From the NCBI GenBank assembly GCA_963813075.1, contig CAWEXU010000030.1, positions 160,001 to 224,000 of the forward strand: a stretch of 64,000 bases of DNA, read 5' to 3'. Each line of letters opens with the position of its first letter. The stretch's first letter is position 1. The translations under genes were made by a program, and so were the position numbers. Shown piece after piece: positions 10,902 through 20,317 of the stretch. Below the pieces are notes generated by a model that saw only the letters and a list, made by a program, of their open reading frames with translations, had not been told where the DNA came from and ran no database searches. Source of the stretch: Methanotrichaceae archaeon (GTDB taxonomy: Archaea > Halobacteriota > Methanosarcinia > Methanotrichales > Methanotrichaceae).

Positions 10902-12797
10902 ATGGATGCCTATTCATTGTTCCTGGTTTTCCTGGCAATCTACATAGCGATCTTGCTTGGGATCGGCCTTTATCTCTCCCGCAGACAGAGGTCGGAGACC
11001 GACTTCTGGCTGGCGGGAAGAGAGCTGGGACCGATAAGCATAGGACTTGCTGCCGCTTCTGCCTGGACCACAGCCAGTGCATTGCTCTTAGCCACAGGGC
11101 TTTTCCTCCTCTATGGCATAGGCTCGATCTGGATCTGGGTATTCCCGAACATAGCCGGCCTGGCCATCATCGCCGCCATATCGGGGAGGATCAAGAACAT
11201 CCCGGCGCTGACCCAGCCCGAACTGATGGAGATAAGGTATGACCCCATGATCAGAGCGCCGGTGGCCGTCGCCGTCACCATTATGATGGTTCTCTTCTCG
11301 GTTACCGATTTCATCGGCTTCAAAATGGTGCTGGGGACCTTCTTCGGCATAGAGCCAATCTATGCCATTGCCATCATGGCCGTCTCTGTTGCCCTTTACG
11401 TCGGTGTGGGCGGCTTTCGGGCGGTAGTCTGGACCGACATGATACAGTATTTTCTGCTGGTCGGCCTTGCCGCCTATGTGGCCCATATGGCTTTAGGCCT
11501 GTCCGCGAACAAGGGGATATCCCTCCTGGCCGCATCCTCAATGCTGGGAGCAGACTGGTGGGACATCTTCTCCATGGGCGGCATACTGGGCGCGCTGGTG
11601 TTCATAGTGGCCCTGGTGCCCGGCTGGGTGGCAGAACAGGACCCCTGGCAGAAGGTCTGGGCAGCTCGCGATGATCGCTCCGCGAAGAGAGGGCTCTTGC
11701 TTGGCGCTTCTTTGCTGGCACTGGTCTATATCTTCTGTCTTCTGGCGGCCATAGGCCTCTTTGTGATCTATCCCCGGCCTTCAGGAGAGGTGGAAGCGGA
11801 GATGCTCTATCTGCGAATCATAAGCGAAAACGTCCCGGAATGGCTCTTGGGCCTGCTGACCATCGGCTTTGCGGCGGCATCCATGTCCTGCACCGATACA
11901 TTTGCCACCTCCGGGGCATCCTGCCTATCCCGGGACCTGATCCAGCGGCACCTGTGGCCCACAGCCACAGTGAAAGAGATGCTGATCGTGAACAGGATAC
12001 TGATTGTGATCATGGTCTTCATGTCCGCATTTATCGCTCTGAATGTGGACAGCATCATGGACGCGGTGATCATCGCCACGGTCATCGGCACGACATCTTA
12101 CTTCTTTCCCATCATCGGAGGTCTTTACTGGAAGAGGGCCACGAAGTGGGGGGCTATGGCTGCCCTGGTTGTGGGCGGCGGGACCCAGATCATTCTCGTA
12201 TCCTATGAGCAGTTCTGGCTGAAAGCGCCCCTGGAAAGCCTCTCCCCCTATCTGATGGAGCACGGCGTCCTGGTCGGTTTATCTTTAAGCGCCCTCTTTT
12301 TCGTAGGGGTATCATTGGCCACCCGGCAGGCGGAGGATATCCGCCTCGCGCCCTTCTTCACCGATATTGCAGAAAGGGTCTTCAAAAGCGATCTTCCCCG
12401 AGCGGACAGGACGGACCCAGACTATCCAGGAATAGCTTCGAAGATCGTTGAGAAGCGGGCAGGAGAGCGCATCCATCTCAAGCTGACCATTGAGTACTCC
12501 AAGGACGATGAAGAAAGCGCGCACCAATTGCTGATGTGGAAGCCCTTTATAGAGAAGCTTCAAGAGAGGCATCCCGTATGGTTCACCCCTACCGGAAGCC
12601 ATGTCGCATATCGCCTCAGCCAGGCGGATATGCAGGCCTGCATCAAGATGGTGCACGGCACTTCCCGGCAGATCTGGCTAAATTCAGAGCCAATGCTCGA
12701 GGGATGCGACCGCCAGAGGGATGAGCTGGTCATCGCCTACCAGGAGATAAAAGAGGTTCTGCGGGAGTTCGGCCTGGCAGCATCACCAAGGACATGA
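10902..12797 (+). CDS. Sodium:solute symporter family protein with a soluble C-terminal extension
   Basis: DFWLAGRELG, GGFRAVVWTD, QDPWQKVWAA, AASMSCTD, YWKRATKWGA; multiple TM segments. Confidence 0.9.
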   Translation: MDAYSLFLVFLAIYIAILLGIGLYLSRRQRSETDFWLAGRELGPISIGLAAASAWTTASALLLATGLFLLYGIGSIWIWVFPNIAGLAIIAAISGRIKNIPALTQPELMEIRYDPMIRAPVAVAVTIMMVLFSVTDFIGFKMVLGTFFGIEPIYAIAIMAVSVALYVGVGGFRAVVWTDMIQYFLLVGLAAYVAHMALGLSANKGISLLAASSMLGADWWDIFSMGGILGALVFIVALVPGWVAEQDPWQKVWAARDDRSAKRGLLLGASLLALVYIFCLLAAIGLFVIYPRPSGEVEAEMLYLRIISENVPEWLLGLLTIGFAAASMSCTDTFATSGASCLSRDLIQRHLWPTATVKEMLIVNRILIVIMVFMSAFIALNVDSIMDAVIIATVIGTTSYFFPIIGGLYWKRATKWGAMAALVVGGGTQIILVSYEQFWLKAPLESLSPYLMEHGVLVGLSLSALFFVGVSLATRQAEDIRLAPFFTDIAERVFKSDLPRADRTDPDYPGIASKIVEKRAGERIHLKLTIEYSKDDEESAHQLLMWKPFIEKLQERHPVWFTPTGSHVAYRLSQADMQACIKMVHGTSRQIWLNSEPMLEGCDRQRDELVIAYQEIKEVLREFGLAASPRT

Positions 12798-13951
12798 GAG
12801 AAGATATACAGCTGGCAGTGGTGGGCGCGGGTCCTGCCGGGAGCACCGCGGCCCTTGCCGCGGCCCGAGATCTGGATGTAGTGCTCATTGACAGGAAGAG
12901 CGAGATAGGCAGCCCGGTCCAGTGCGGCGGCTTCCTCCCGGAGGCCTGGGAGCTGGAGGCCCTGCTGCCTCACGCCCGGCTGCCTGAGACCCTGAAGGAG
13001 ATCCCGGATCGCTGCATACTGCATAAAACCCGATTGCAGCGTATATATTCTCCTTCGGGAATGAGCAAGGAGTTTGCCGTCGCGGGGAGGGTTTTAGACC
13101 GGCGGAGCTTCGATCGCCATCTCGCCGGCCGGGCCGCTCGCGCGGGAGCCAGGATCCTTCCCGCCACCAGGGCAACGCTGGTGGAGGGAGAGCTGCGTCT
13201 CTCTGGCCGGTATGGCGGGACAATAAGCCCCAGGGTGATAATAGGCGCAGACGGCCCCAGCTCCGTCGTCTCCCGCTATATGAATAATCCCGTACAAGAG
13301 GTGGGCATATGCCTGGAGTACGAGATGGCCGATGTGGATATCGATAGCGATGCGGCAGAGATGTACTTCTCGGCAAGATATGCCCCCGGCGGCTATGCCT
13401 GGATAATCCCCCTGGGCCCGGACACAGCCAATGTGGGGGTGGGAGTGCGTGCATCCTACCTATCCCGCAAAAAATTGCCAGACATTCTGGATGGGTTTGT
13501 GCGAGAGCATCCCCTGGCCTCGAAGAAGCTGAAATCAGGTGAGGTGCTGGCGGTGATGCGCGGCCTGGTCCCCGCGGGCGGAACTCCTGGATCGATTCAG
13601 AAGGGCAATATGATCCTGGCAGGTGATGCTGCCGGCCATGTCCTGGCCAGCAGCGGGGGTGGCATACCACTGGCTATGGTGGCGGGAAGGATCGCAGGAG
13701 AGTCTGCTCTCGAGCACCTGTTGGGCGGCAAGCCTTTAGAGGATTATCCATCGCGCATTAGGAGAGAGTTCGGCAGGGAGCTGGCGCGGTCGGTGCAGAT
13801 CAGAAGAATGGTGGACGTGGCGATGAGAAGCGACCGGCTCATCAATGCTCTTTTTGCCGCCCTCAGCCCTGAGCAGATGAAATCGGTGATGCGCGCCCAA
13901 ATACCCTCGCCACTCAGTTCTCGCGAATGGTCTGGCGGCGCGGCAGAATAG
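12794..13951 (+). CDS. Geranylgeranyl reductase family FAD oxidoreductase
   Basis: VVGAGPAG, PVQCGG, IGADG, PGGYAWIIP, GDAAG...GGGI. Confidence 0.9.
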   Translation: MREDIQLAVVGAGPAGSTAALAAARDLDVVLIDRKSEIGSPVQCGGFLPEAWELEALLPHARLPETLKEIPDRCILHKTRLQRIYSPSGMSKEFAVAGRVLDRRSFDRHLAGRAARAGARILPATRATLVEGELRLSGRYGGTISPRVIIGADGPSSVVSRYMNNPVQEVGICLEYEMADVDIDSDAAEMYFSARYAPGGYAWIIPLGPDTANVGVGVRASYLSRKKLPDILDGFVREHPLASKKLKSGEVLAVMRGLVPAGGTPGSIQKGNMILAGDAAGHVLASSGGGIPLAMVAGRIAGESALEHLLGGKPLEDYPSRIRREFGRELARSVQIRRMVDVAMRSDRLINALFAALSPEQMKSVMRAQIPSPLSSREWSGGAAE

Positions 13952-14008
13952 TCTAATTGACAAATAAAATGACAACAGGACGGCCGGCCCGTCCTTTTTT
14001 GATGCGAT

Positions 14009-14410
14009 CTATTCCGGGCTCTCTTCCTTGGGAGCCTTGCCCAGCAGCTCCTCCAGGGACTTGGCCCCTGCCTCCACTACCTTGACATTTATCTGGCCGA
14101 CGTCGCTAGATATATCCCTGCCATGAATGCTCTTCCTCTTCTTCTTCCCTTCAGCGGCGGGATGATAGCCAGTTCCAGTGGTGAGAAGGATCTTCCTTCG
14201 TTTGCTGCCAGGCAGGTCTGCACGCATGGGAAATCCTTCGCGATCACTGCCTCCGGTGACCTGCATCGAGTATCCTGGCATGCCCAGGATTTCTCCTTCG
14301 ATCTTGTCACCGATATGCTTTCCCATGAGCTTGGCCGCTCCGGGATCCTTAAGCTCTACCTGATAGGCTTTACCGCTCTTGGGATCTGAGACTACAACTC
14401 TAAAATCCAT
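14009..14410 (-). CDS. rps6e: 30S ribosomal protein S6e
   Basis: VVSDPKSGKAYQ, TGGSDREGFPMRADL, RKSIHG, QINVKV. Confidence 0.96.
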   Translation of the reverse strand: MDFRVVVSDPKSGKAYQVELKDPGAAKLMGKHIGDKIEGEILGMPGYSMQVTGGSDREGFPMRADLPGSKRRKILLTTGTGYHPAAEGKKKRKSIHGRDISSDVGQINVKVVEAGAKSLEELLGKAPKEESPE

Positions 14411-14484
14411 CTTTCTTCCTCATCAATGTAAATGTGACTTTCAGTCTAGGGATCGATGCCCTATAAAACCTTATCTTGTGGATA

Positions 14485-15477
14485 TCAGTTGAGACTGGTC
14501 ATCCGGGAGTAGTCCACCAGCGTGGATATGGGCAGGGTCTTTATCCTCGCGCCCAATTCCTCCGCAGCCACAGCCCCATTGACTCCGGCATAGAAGGCTA
14601 TACCGATCTTCCCTGCGGCCACTGGACAGCCCAGTATCGGCTCAGAGGGACCTCCGATATTTATCAGACCGCCAAAGCCCGCAGATCGAGATGCATCCAG
14701 TAGATCGAGGGCATTTTTAGCCGCCGCGACGGGCACCTCCCGCACATTGGCCAGCACTCTTCCAGATCCCCGGTGAATGGCATTGGCAACGCTTGTCACC
14801 TTCCTCCCCATGAAAACCTTCACCGGGTCCAGAGACGATCCGGCATAGGCTATGAGGTCAGTGAATCCGTATGGCTGCATCTCTTTGATCTCCGCCAGCC
14901 CGGCGAAGCTGGTGAGAACGGGAATTCCCTTCTTCATTAGAATTCCATCCATGGTTATGCTGCATACCGTCGCCACACCCAGGTATCCCGCGGGCACCTC
15001 CTGAGAGGAAAGCATGTCGCCTTCGTCGATAATCAATGCACGGCGGCTTATTGTATACCCCTCATCGAAAGCGCGAATAAGCATATCAATGACCTCGTCA
15101 GCATCCGTTTTATCCACGATGCTGGTATTGGCGATGACCTGGCCCAGGCCGCCGTGGGGATCAAAGCTGCTCTTGTACATATATTCCTCAATTCTGGTAT
15201 TCACAAAGCCCATCCGGTCGTCTATCAGAGCATCGCTCAGCTCTCTGGAGCCCAGAGGGGTGATCACCCGGCCGCTGTAGCCCTTCTTCTTGGTGAATCC
15301 CAGCTCATCGAGGATCTTGAGGTTATAGCGCACCGCCCTTTCGCCCAGATCGTAGCCACGGCTGCAAAGGATGTCTGAGATCGCCCTCGCCCCCACGGGC
15401 ATGCTGGCGCTCTCGATCACCCTGAGGATCTCTACTAGCCTTCGCTGGCTCATATGGGTCTTGGTGAGCAGCTTCAT
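14485..15477 (-). CDS. nrpR: NrpR-family nitrogen regulator (winged HTH + NRD/DUF128 domain)
   Basis: EILRVI...VGARAIS...GERAVRYNLKILDELG; ATVCSITMDG; YAGSSLDP; ANVREVP. Confidence 0.85.
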   Translation of the reverse strand: MKLLTKTHMSQRRLVEILRVIESASMPVGARAISDILCSRGYDLGERAVRYNLKILDELGFTKKKGYSGRVITPLGSRELSDALIDDRMGFVNTRIEEYMYKSSFDPHGGLGQVIANTSIVDKTDADEVIDMLIRAFDEGYTISRRALIIDEGDMLSSQEVPAGYLGVATVCSITMDGILMKKGIPVLTSFAGLAEIKEMQPYGFTDLIAYAGSSLDPVKVFMGRKVTSVANAIHRGSGRVLANVREVPVAAAKNALDLLDASRSAGFGGLINIGGPSEPILGCPVAAGKIGIAFYAGVNGAVAAEELGARIKTLPISTLVDYSRMTSLN

Positions 15478-15584
15478 CTACTCTGATCCTCCGGGAAAGA
15501 GAATATATATCTTATGGGGATAACGAGAGCCCAAGGCTCCAGGCGACAGGGGCCGCAGTGCCAATAAGAAGGCCAGGAGATGAT

Positions 15585-15657
15585 AGTCCCGTGGGGTAGA
15601 GGTCAATCCTGAGGGCCTTTGGAGCCCGCGACGGCGGTTCGAATCCGCCCGGGACTA
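15585..15657 (+). tRNA. tRNA-Gln (anticodon TTG)
   Basis: Acceptor stem AGTCCCG/CGGGACT, anticodon arm GGGC-CTTTGGA-GCCC, T-arm GGCGG-TTCGAAT-CCGCC; CCA not encoded. Confidence 0.93.
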
Positions 15658-15749
15658 CTTTAAACCCGAAGATCATCAGAAATGTAGATATATCTGGTCG
15701 ATCTCATGGGAGAGGGCCAGGCGGGTTGATTTATATCGCCTGAACAATT

Positions 15750-15824
15750 GCTCCGGTAGTGTAGCCCGGCCAATCATTTCGGCCTTTCAAGCCGAAGACT
15801 CGGGTCCAAATCCCGGCCGGAGCA
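15750..15824 (+). tRNA. tRNA-Glu (anticodon TTC)
   Basis: Acceptor stem GCTCCGG/CCGGAGC, anticodon arm TCGGC-CTTTCAA-GCCGA; atypical T-loop TCCAAAT. Confidence 0.9.
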
Positions 15825-16041
15825 TTTACCATAACTCATTCTGGATTGCTCTGCGCGGCTCTTTTGAGCCGGGGCGAAGATGGCCGCCCCGAACTCCAGC
15901 GCGCATTATTGTGATCTCTGCCCGAGAGAGGATGGCGACATCTTTCAATGAAAGCCAGGAAAAGGCAAAGGGCTATTTTGGAATACCAGAATGGCGAATA
16001 TGATCAATTGATGTCGATTTTTCAGATAAAAGCCCGATATG

Positions 16042-16096
16042 TTTATATTCCTGAAGGCGGTATTAGGTGCTCGTGCCTGAGCAAAATACTCAAATA
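16042..16096 (+). promoter_or_regulatory. Putative TATA box plus conserved start-site hairpin of paralogue P1
   Basis: TTTATAT at 16042, then GTGCCTGAG-N7-CTCAA 31 nt later; identical geometry at 17273/17304. Confidence 0.6.
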
Positions 16097-16276
16097 TAAG
16101 CCGATTAGCATGAGGATCAGGTACTCCATAAAGCAAGCGAAATCCGAGTTGCTCTGCACGAGCATGATGCTATGCAGAGAATGAGGCATCGTTGTCTTAT
16201 GGTGCCAATGGATTTGGGCCTCTGCGGACGGCTTAGATCCTAAGCATTGATGGTAAATCAAGGAGGTGGGAAAGAA

Positions 16277-16999
16277 ATGAGAAAACTAATAGCTGTTTTG
16301 ATTATAGTCGCCATGGCCGTAGTAGGCATGGCCGGTGCAGCTAACTATATGTACGAAAAGGCATCGGTCAAGGGCGTTGGATACAAGAACGTAGAGATGA
16401 TCATTTCCACCCAGTCTGGCTTTGCTGGCCAGAAGCTGGTTGAGAAAGAGTCCGGGTCCGGAAACGTGATCACCGAGAGGACCGAGCTGGAAGCCGAGAG
16501 GCAGATGGACGCCGCTGGACTTCAGATGCCCTGCACATACCCCAATACCTGCGCCATGGACTACATCAACTTCACCAAAGAAGCTGAGTTCGAGTACATG
16601 CCAGTCTCTTACCAGACAGGCACCTATGACCAGAAGTGGGTTGAGAAGCTGTGCGTGCAGAACTACAAGATCGGCGCTGTGCTGACTGAGATGTACAGCC
16701 ACGCTGAGCACCTGCAGAAGACCACCGAGGTCAAGACCAGAGGCTACCAGGACGGATGTGTAAGCAACTGCTGCACCGGTGTCCTCGAAGCTAACCTGAA
16801 CAGCAACGTCATCGGCGTTGCCCACATCGGCTGGATCTCCAGGGATCCACAGCCCAGCAGCGCTCTCAAGGGCCGCCATGCTGAGTACGGCAGATCGGTC
16901 GAGGACCTGACTGGCGTCTTCTCCATTGAGAAGTTCATCCAGCTCTGGGGCAACTCCACCTGCGGCGCCATCAGCGTTGATTGGCTGCCCTGCGTGTAA
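16277..16999 (+). CDS. Secreted Cys-containing beta-rich protein, paralogue P1 (candidate sheath subunit, possibly MspA-like)
   Basis: SD GGAGGTGG; signal peptide MRKLIAVLIIVAMAVVGMAGA; 240 aa with 8 Cys, ending DWLPCV; codon bias like the S-layer gene. Sheath function is inference. Confidence 0.8.
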   Translation: MRKLIAVLIIVAMAVVGMAGAANYMYEKASVKGVGYKNVEMIISTQSGFAGQKLVEKESGSGNVITERTELEAERQMDAAGLQMPCTYPNTCAMDYINFTKEAEFEYMPVSYQTGTYDQKWVEKLCVQNYKIGAVLTEMYSHAEHLQKTTEVKTRGYQDGCVSNCCTGVLEANLNSNVIGVAHIGWISRDPQPSSALKGRHAEYGRSVEDLTGVFSIEKFIQLWGNSTCGAISVDWLPCV

Positions 17000-17028
17000 A
17001 TAGCTAGAACTGCAAAAACTTGGATTAT

Positions 17029-17068
17029 GACTCCGGGCGGCAATGCCTGGAGTCTAGGCCACATTTTT
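17029..17068 (+). terminator. 3' hairpin and T-tract after P1
   Basis: GACTCCGGGCG-GCAA-TGCCTGGAGTC followed by TTTTT. Confidence 0.65.
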
Positions 17069-17272
17069 CAAAGTGATACTATCAACTATTGTCTGTGATT
17101 TTTGCTAAATGCTCCTGAAAAGGACTACTTCAAAGGACCATTCCTGTGATGACTTCAAGATATCTCTCTGAAGATCACCGGGTCCCAGATACGACGAGAT
17201 TTGTTCAGGGCAAAACAGGCAGATGAGGGCAGAATCCTGGAATATAAAATTCTCTTATCCCTGCTCGATAGC

Positions 17273-17327
17273 TTTATATGCCAGTAATCTAATGAGAAAG
17301 GTTGTGCCTGAGACAATTGCTCAATTA
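17273..17327 (+). promoter_or_regulatory. Putative TATA box plus conserved start-site hairpin of paralogue P2
   Basis: TTTATAT at 17273 and GTGCCTGAG-ACAATTG-CTCAA at 17304. Confidence 0.6.
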
Positions 17328-17559
17328 ATGTCTAGTGGTAATCCTGTAATCAGGCGCCTCACGCCGGATAGGATGACAGTTAACGCTTTTGGCTTATGTA
17401 CTGGAGCAGAGCGGGGCCTAGCGGCTTCATCTCTTCAGGTAAAGCGATCCTGGATCTCTGATCGAGGATCTGTATATCCAGCCGGGGTGATGTACTGAAG
17501 GATCATTTGTTGCTATCAATAGCAGCTTTCGATCCTCATGTAAAGGAGGTGGGAAAGAA

Positions 17560-18282
17560 ATGAGAAAACTAATAGCTGTTTTGATTATAGTCGCCATGGC
17601 CGTAGTAGGCATGGCCGGTGCAGCTAACTATATGTACGAAAAGGCATCGGTCAAAGGCGTTGGATACAAGAACGTAGAGATGATCATTTCCACACAGTCC
17701 GGTTTCGCCGGCCAGAAGCTGGTTGAGAAAGAGTCCGGGTCCGGAAACGTAATCACCGAGAGGACTGAGCTGGAAGCCGAGAGGCAGCTTGACGCCGCTG
17801 GACTTCAGATGCCCTGCTATTATCCCAATACCTGTGCCATGGACTACATCAACTTCACCAAGGAAGCTGAGTTCGAGTACATGCCAGTCTCTTACCAGAC
17901 AGGCACCTATGACCAGAAGTGGGTTGAGAAGCTGTGCGTGCAGAACTACAGAATCGGCGCTGTGCTGACTGAGATGTACAGCCATGCTGAGCACCTGCAG
18001 AAGACCACCGAGGTCAAGACCAGAGGCTACCAGAACACCTGTGTAAGCAACTGCTGCACCGGCGTCCTCGAAGCTAACCTGAACAGCAACGTCATCGGCG
18101 TTGCCCATATCGGCTGGATCTCCAGGGATCCCGAGCCCAGCAGGCTGCTCAAGGGCAGACATGCTGAGTACGGCAGATCGGTCGAGGACCTGACTGGTGT
18201 CTTCTCCATTGAGAAGTTCATCCAGCTCTGGGGCAACTCCACATGCGGCGCAATCAGCGTTGACTGGCTGCCCTGCGTGTAA
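17560..18282 (+). CDS. Secreted Cys-containing protein, paralogue P2
   Basis: 240 aa, differs from P1 at about 10 residues; identical SD and signal peptide. Confidence 0.8.
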   Translation: MRKLIAVLIIVAMAVVGMAGAANYMYEKASVKGVGYKNVEMIISTQSGFAGQKLVEKESGSGNVITERTELEAERQLDAAGLQMPCYYPNTCAMDYINFTKEAEFEYMPVSYQTGTYDQKWVEKLCVQNYRIGAVLTEMYSHAEHLQKTTEVKTRGYQNTCVSNCCTGVLEANLNSNVIGVAHIGWISRDPEPSRLLKGRHAEYGRSVEDLTGVFSIEKFIQLWGNSTCGAISVDWLPCV

Positions 18283-18311
18283 ATAGATAAAGCTGCAAAC
18301 ACTTGGATTGA

Positions 18312-18347
18312 GGCCCTGGGCGGCAACGCCCAAGGTCATTTTTTTTT
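18312..18347 (+). terminator. 3' hairpin and T-tract after P2
   Basis: GGCCCTGGGCG-GCAA-CGCCCAAGGTC followed by a T9 run. Confidence 0.65.
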
Positions 18348-18360
18348 ATCAGAGGAGGGA

Positions 18361-19176
18361 TTGCAAATTAATAAAACAATAGCTGTTTTGATTATAGTCG
18401 CCATGGCCTTGATAGGCATGGCCGGTGCAGCCAACTACATGTACGAAAAGGCATCGGTCAAAGGCGTTGGATACAAAGATGTAGAGATGATCGTCTCCAC
18501 ACAGTCCGGTTTCGCCGGCCAAAAATTGGTGGAGAAGGAGTCAGGTTCGGGAAATGTGATAACAGAGAGGACCGAGCTGGAAGCAGAGAGACAGCTGAAT
18601 ACTGACGGAAGCCCTATCGGCTGGATTATAGATTCCGATGGATTCCCATGTCTTTGGTGCGGATGCGACTGGCCGACGGGAACGCTATGTCCCATGGACT
18701 ACATCAATTTCACCAAGGAAGCTGAGTTCGAGTACATGCCCGTCTCATATCAGACCGGCACCTACGATCAGAAATGGGTGGAGAAACTCTGTGTGCAAAA
18801 CTACAAGATCGGTGCGGTTATGACCGAGATGTACAGCCATGCGGAGCACTTGCAGAAGACCACCGAGGTCAAGACGAGAGGATACGGCACTTATAACAGA
18901 ATGGATCCAAACAAGTACATCTTCACCTCCTGTGGCTGTCCACCATGCTGTACCGGCGTGCTTGAGGCCAACCTGAACAGCAACGTTATCGGCGTTGCCC
19001 ATATCGGCTGGATCTCCAGGGATCCCCAGCCCAGCAGCGCCCTCAAGGGACGACATGCTGAGTACGGCAGATCGGTCGAGGACCTGACCGGCGTCTTCTC
19101 CATTGAGAAGTTCATCCAGCTCTGGGGCAACTCCACCTGCGGTGCAGTCAGCGTTGACTGGCTGCCCTGTGTGTAG
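18361..19176 (+). CDS. Secreted Cys-containing protein, paralogue P3 with expanded Cys-rich loops
   Basis: TTG start after GAGGAGG; same scaffold as P1; inserts contain FPCLWCGCDWPTGTLCP and FTSCGCPPCC. Confidence 0.8.
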   Translation: MQINKTIAVLIIVAMALIGMAGAANYMYEKASVKGVGYKDVEMIVSTQSGFAGQKLVEKESGSGNVITERTELEAERQLNTDGSPIGWIIDSDGFPCLWCGCDWPTGTLCPMDYINFTKEAEFEYMPVSYQTGTYDQKWVEKLCVQNYKIGAVMTEMYSHAEHLQKTTEVKTRGYGTYNRMDPNKYIFTSCGCPPCCTGVLEANLNSNVIGVAHIGWISRDPQPSSALKGRHAEYGRSVEDLTGVFSIEKFIQLWGNSTCGAVSVDWLPCV

Positions 19177-19233
19177 ATGAAAGCCTGTCGAGCTATGAAT
19201 TATTGAATTCGGATGAAGGACGCAAAAAGGATT

Positions 19234-19285
19234 CCTGCTCCGGGCAAGTATGCCTGGGGCAGGCACTATTTTAATTTATTTTATC
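19234..19285 (+). terminator. 3' hairpin after P3
   Basis: CCTGCTCCGGGCA-AGTA-TGCCTGGGGCAGG followed by a T-rich tract. Confidence 0.55.
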
Positions 19286-19492
19286 GGCCAGGCAGCGGAA
19301 AAAAGCAGCACACCCTCAATTACGAGCTAATTCCTGAACCAGCCTATGGAAGACGATTATAATCAACAGATAGATTTATATCGAATAAAAGCATCAGCTT
19401 ATAATTGTGGCTCAAGTCCTGCAAATAAGGCAGGATTACAACATCTAAAGGGATTAATAACTGTCACGTCACGCATCGGGGGTAATTGTATC

Positions 19493-20269
19493 ATGAAGGG
19501 AGTAACGATAGTAGTTATTATAGTAGCTCTAATGGGGCTAAGCAGCATTGTGCTGGCCAATCCTCCACTGGTACCGCCAGTGCAATATGAACAATTTTGT
19601 GAAAGCCATAAAGTATCCGGTTCCGGTATTATCGATGTCTCCAATTCCATTATCGATAAAAAGATAGCTCTAGAATACTTCGATACCATGAATGGGGACG
19701 GAGACTTTGAGCTGGATCAGGAGACGGCATATTCTCAGAATGCTGATGTCCTCAAAAGGAATGTCTCCACGGTAAATGGTGGAAACAAGTCCAACCTGAA
19801 CTTCGTCCAGAACACCAAGATGACCTACAGTGGACAGACACCCTTGACCGGAGGGCGGCTTCTTAATTCCAAGGAGTTTTATGGCGGCATCGGTGCCAAT
19901 GTGCAGGAACTGTTCTCGGTGACCGAGATGGAGCAGGATGAGACTGCGTTCTTCGCCTCCACCACCCCATACAACCCGCCAGGCACAACGCCAGAGAATC
20001 TAATAGGATCGCTCGCGAGCGCGGGAAGAGATCAGGAAGCAGTTGCAGCGTTGATGGGCAACAATCCTGCCCACCTGGTGGGAATTGAGACCAAGAACTC
20101 CTTCAACGGCACATGGGGAACAGACGCCACATGGCACAGGATATTCTACAAGGATATCAAGGCTCATGAGATGTTCACCGGAACGTTCGAGGCAGAGAAG
20201 GTTCTGAAGTTCCATGAGAACCCCGTGCCTGAGAGGCAACATGTGCCCTGCGAAGGCATAGACTGCTAG
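19493..20269 (+). CDS. Secreted protein, divergent member of the P1-P4 superfamily
   Basis: Signal peptide MKGVTIVVIIVALMGLSSIVLA; motifs ESHKVSGSG, IGANVQELFS, HEMFTGTFEAEKVL; C-terminal PCEGIDC. Confidence 0.72.
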   Translation: MKGVTIVVIIVALMGLSSIVLANPPLVPPVQYEQFCESHKVSGSGIIDVSNSIIDKKIALEYFDTMNGDGDFELDQETAYSQNADVLKRNVSTVNGGNKSNLNFVQNTKMTYSGQTPLTGGRLLNSKEFYGGIGANVQELFSVTEMEQDETAFFASTTPYNPPGTTPENLIGSLASAGRDQEAVAALMGNNPAHLVGIETKNSFNGTWGTDATWHRIFYKDIKAHEMFTGTFEAEKVLKFHENPVPERQHVPCEGIDC

Positions 20270-20317
20270 GTCTAAACGACCCAGCTGCCTTTTTTCTATT
20301 TATTTCAGGGGGTTACC

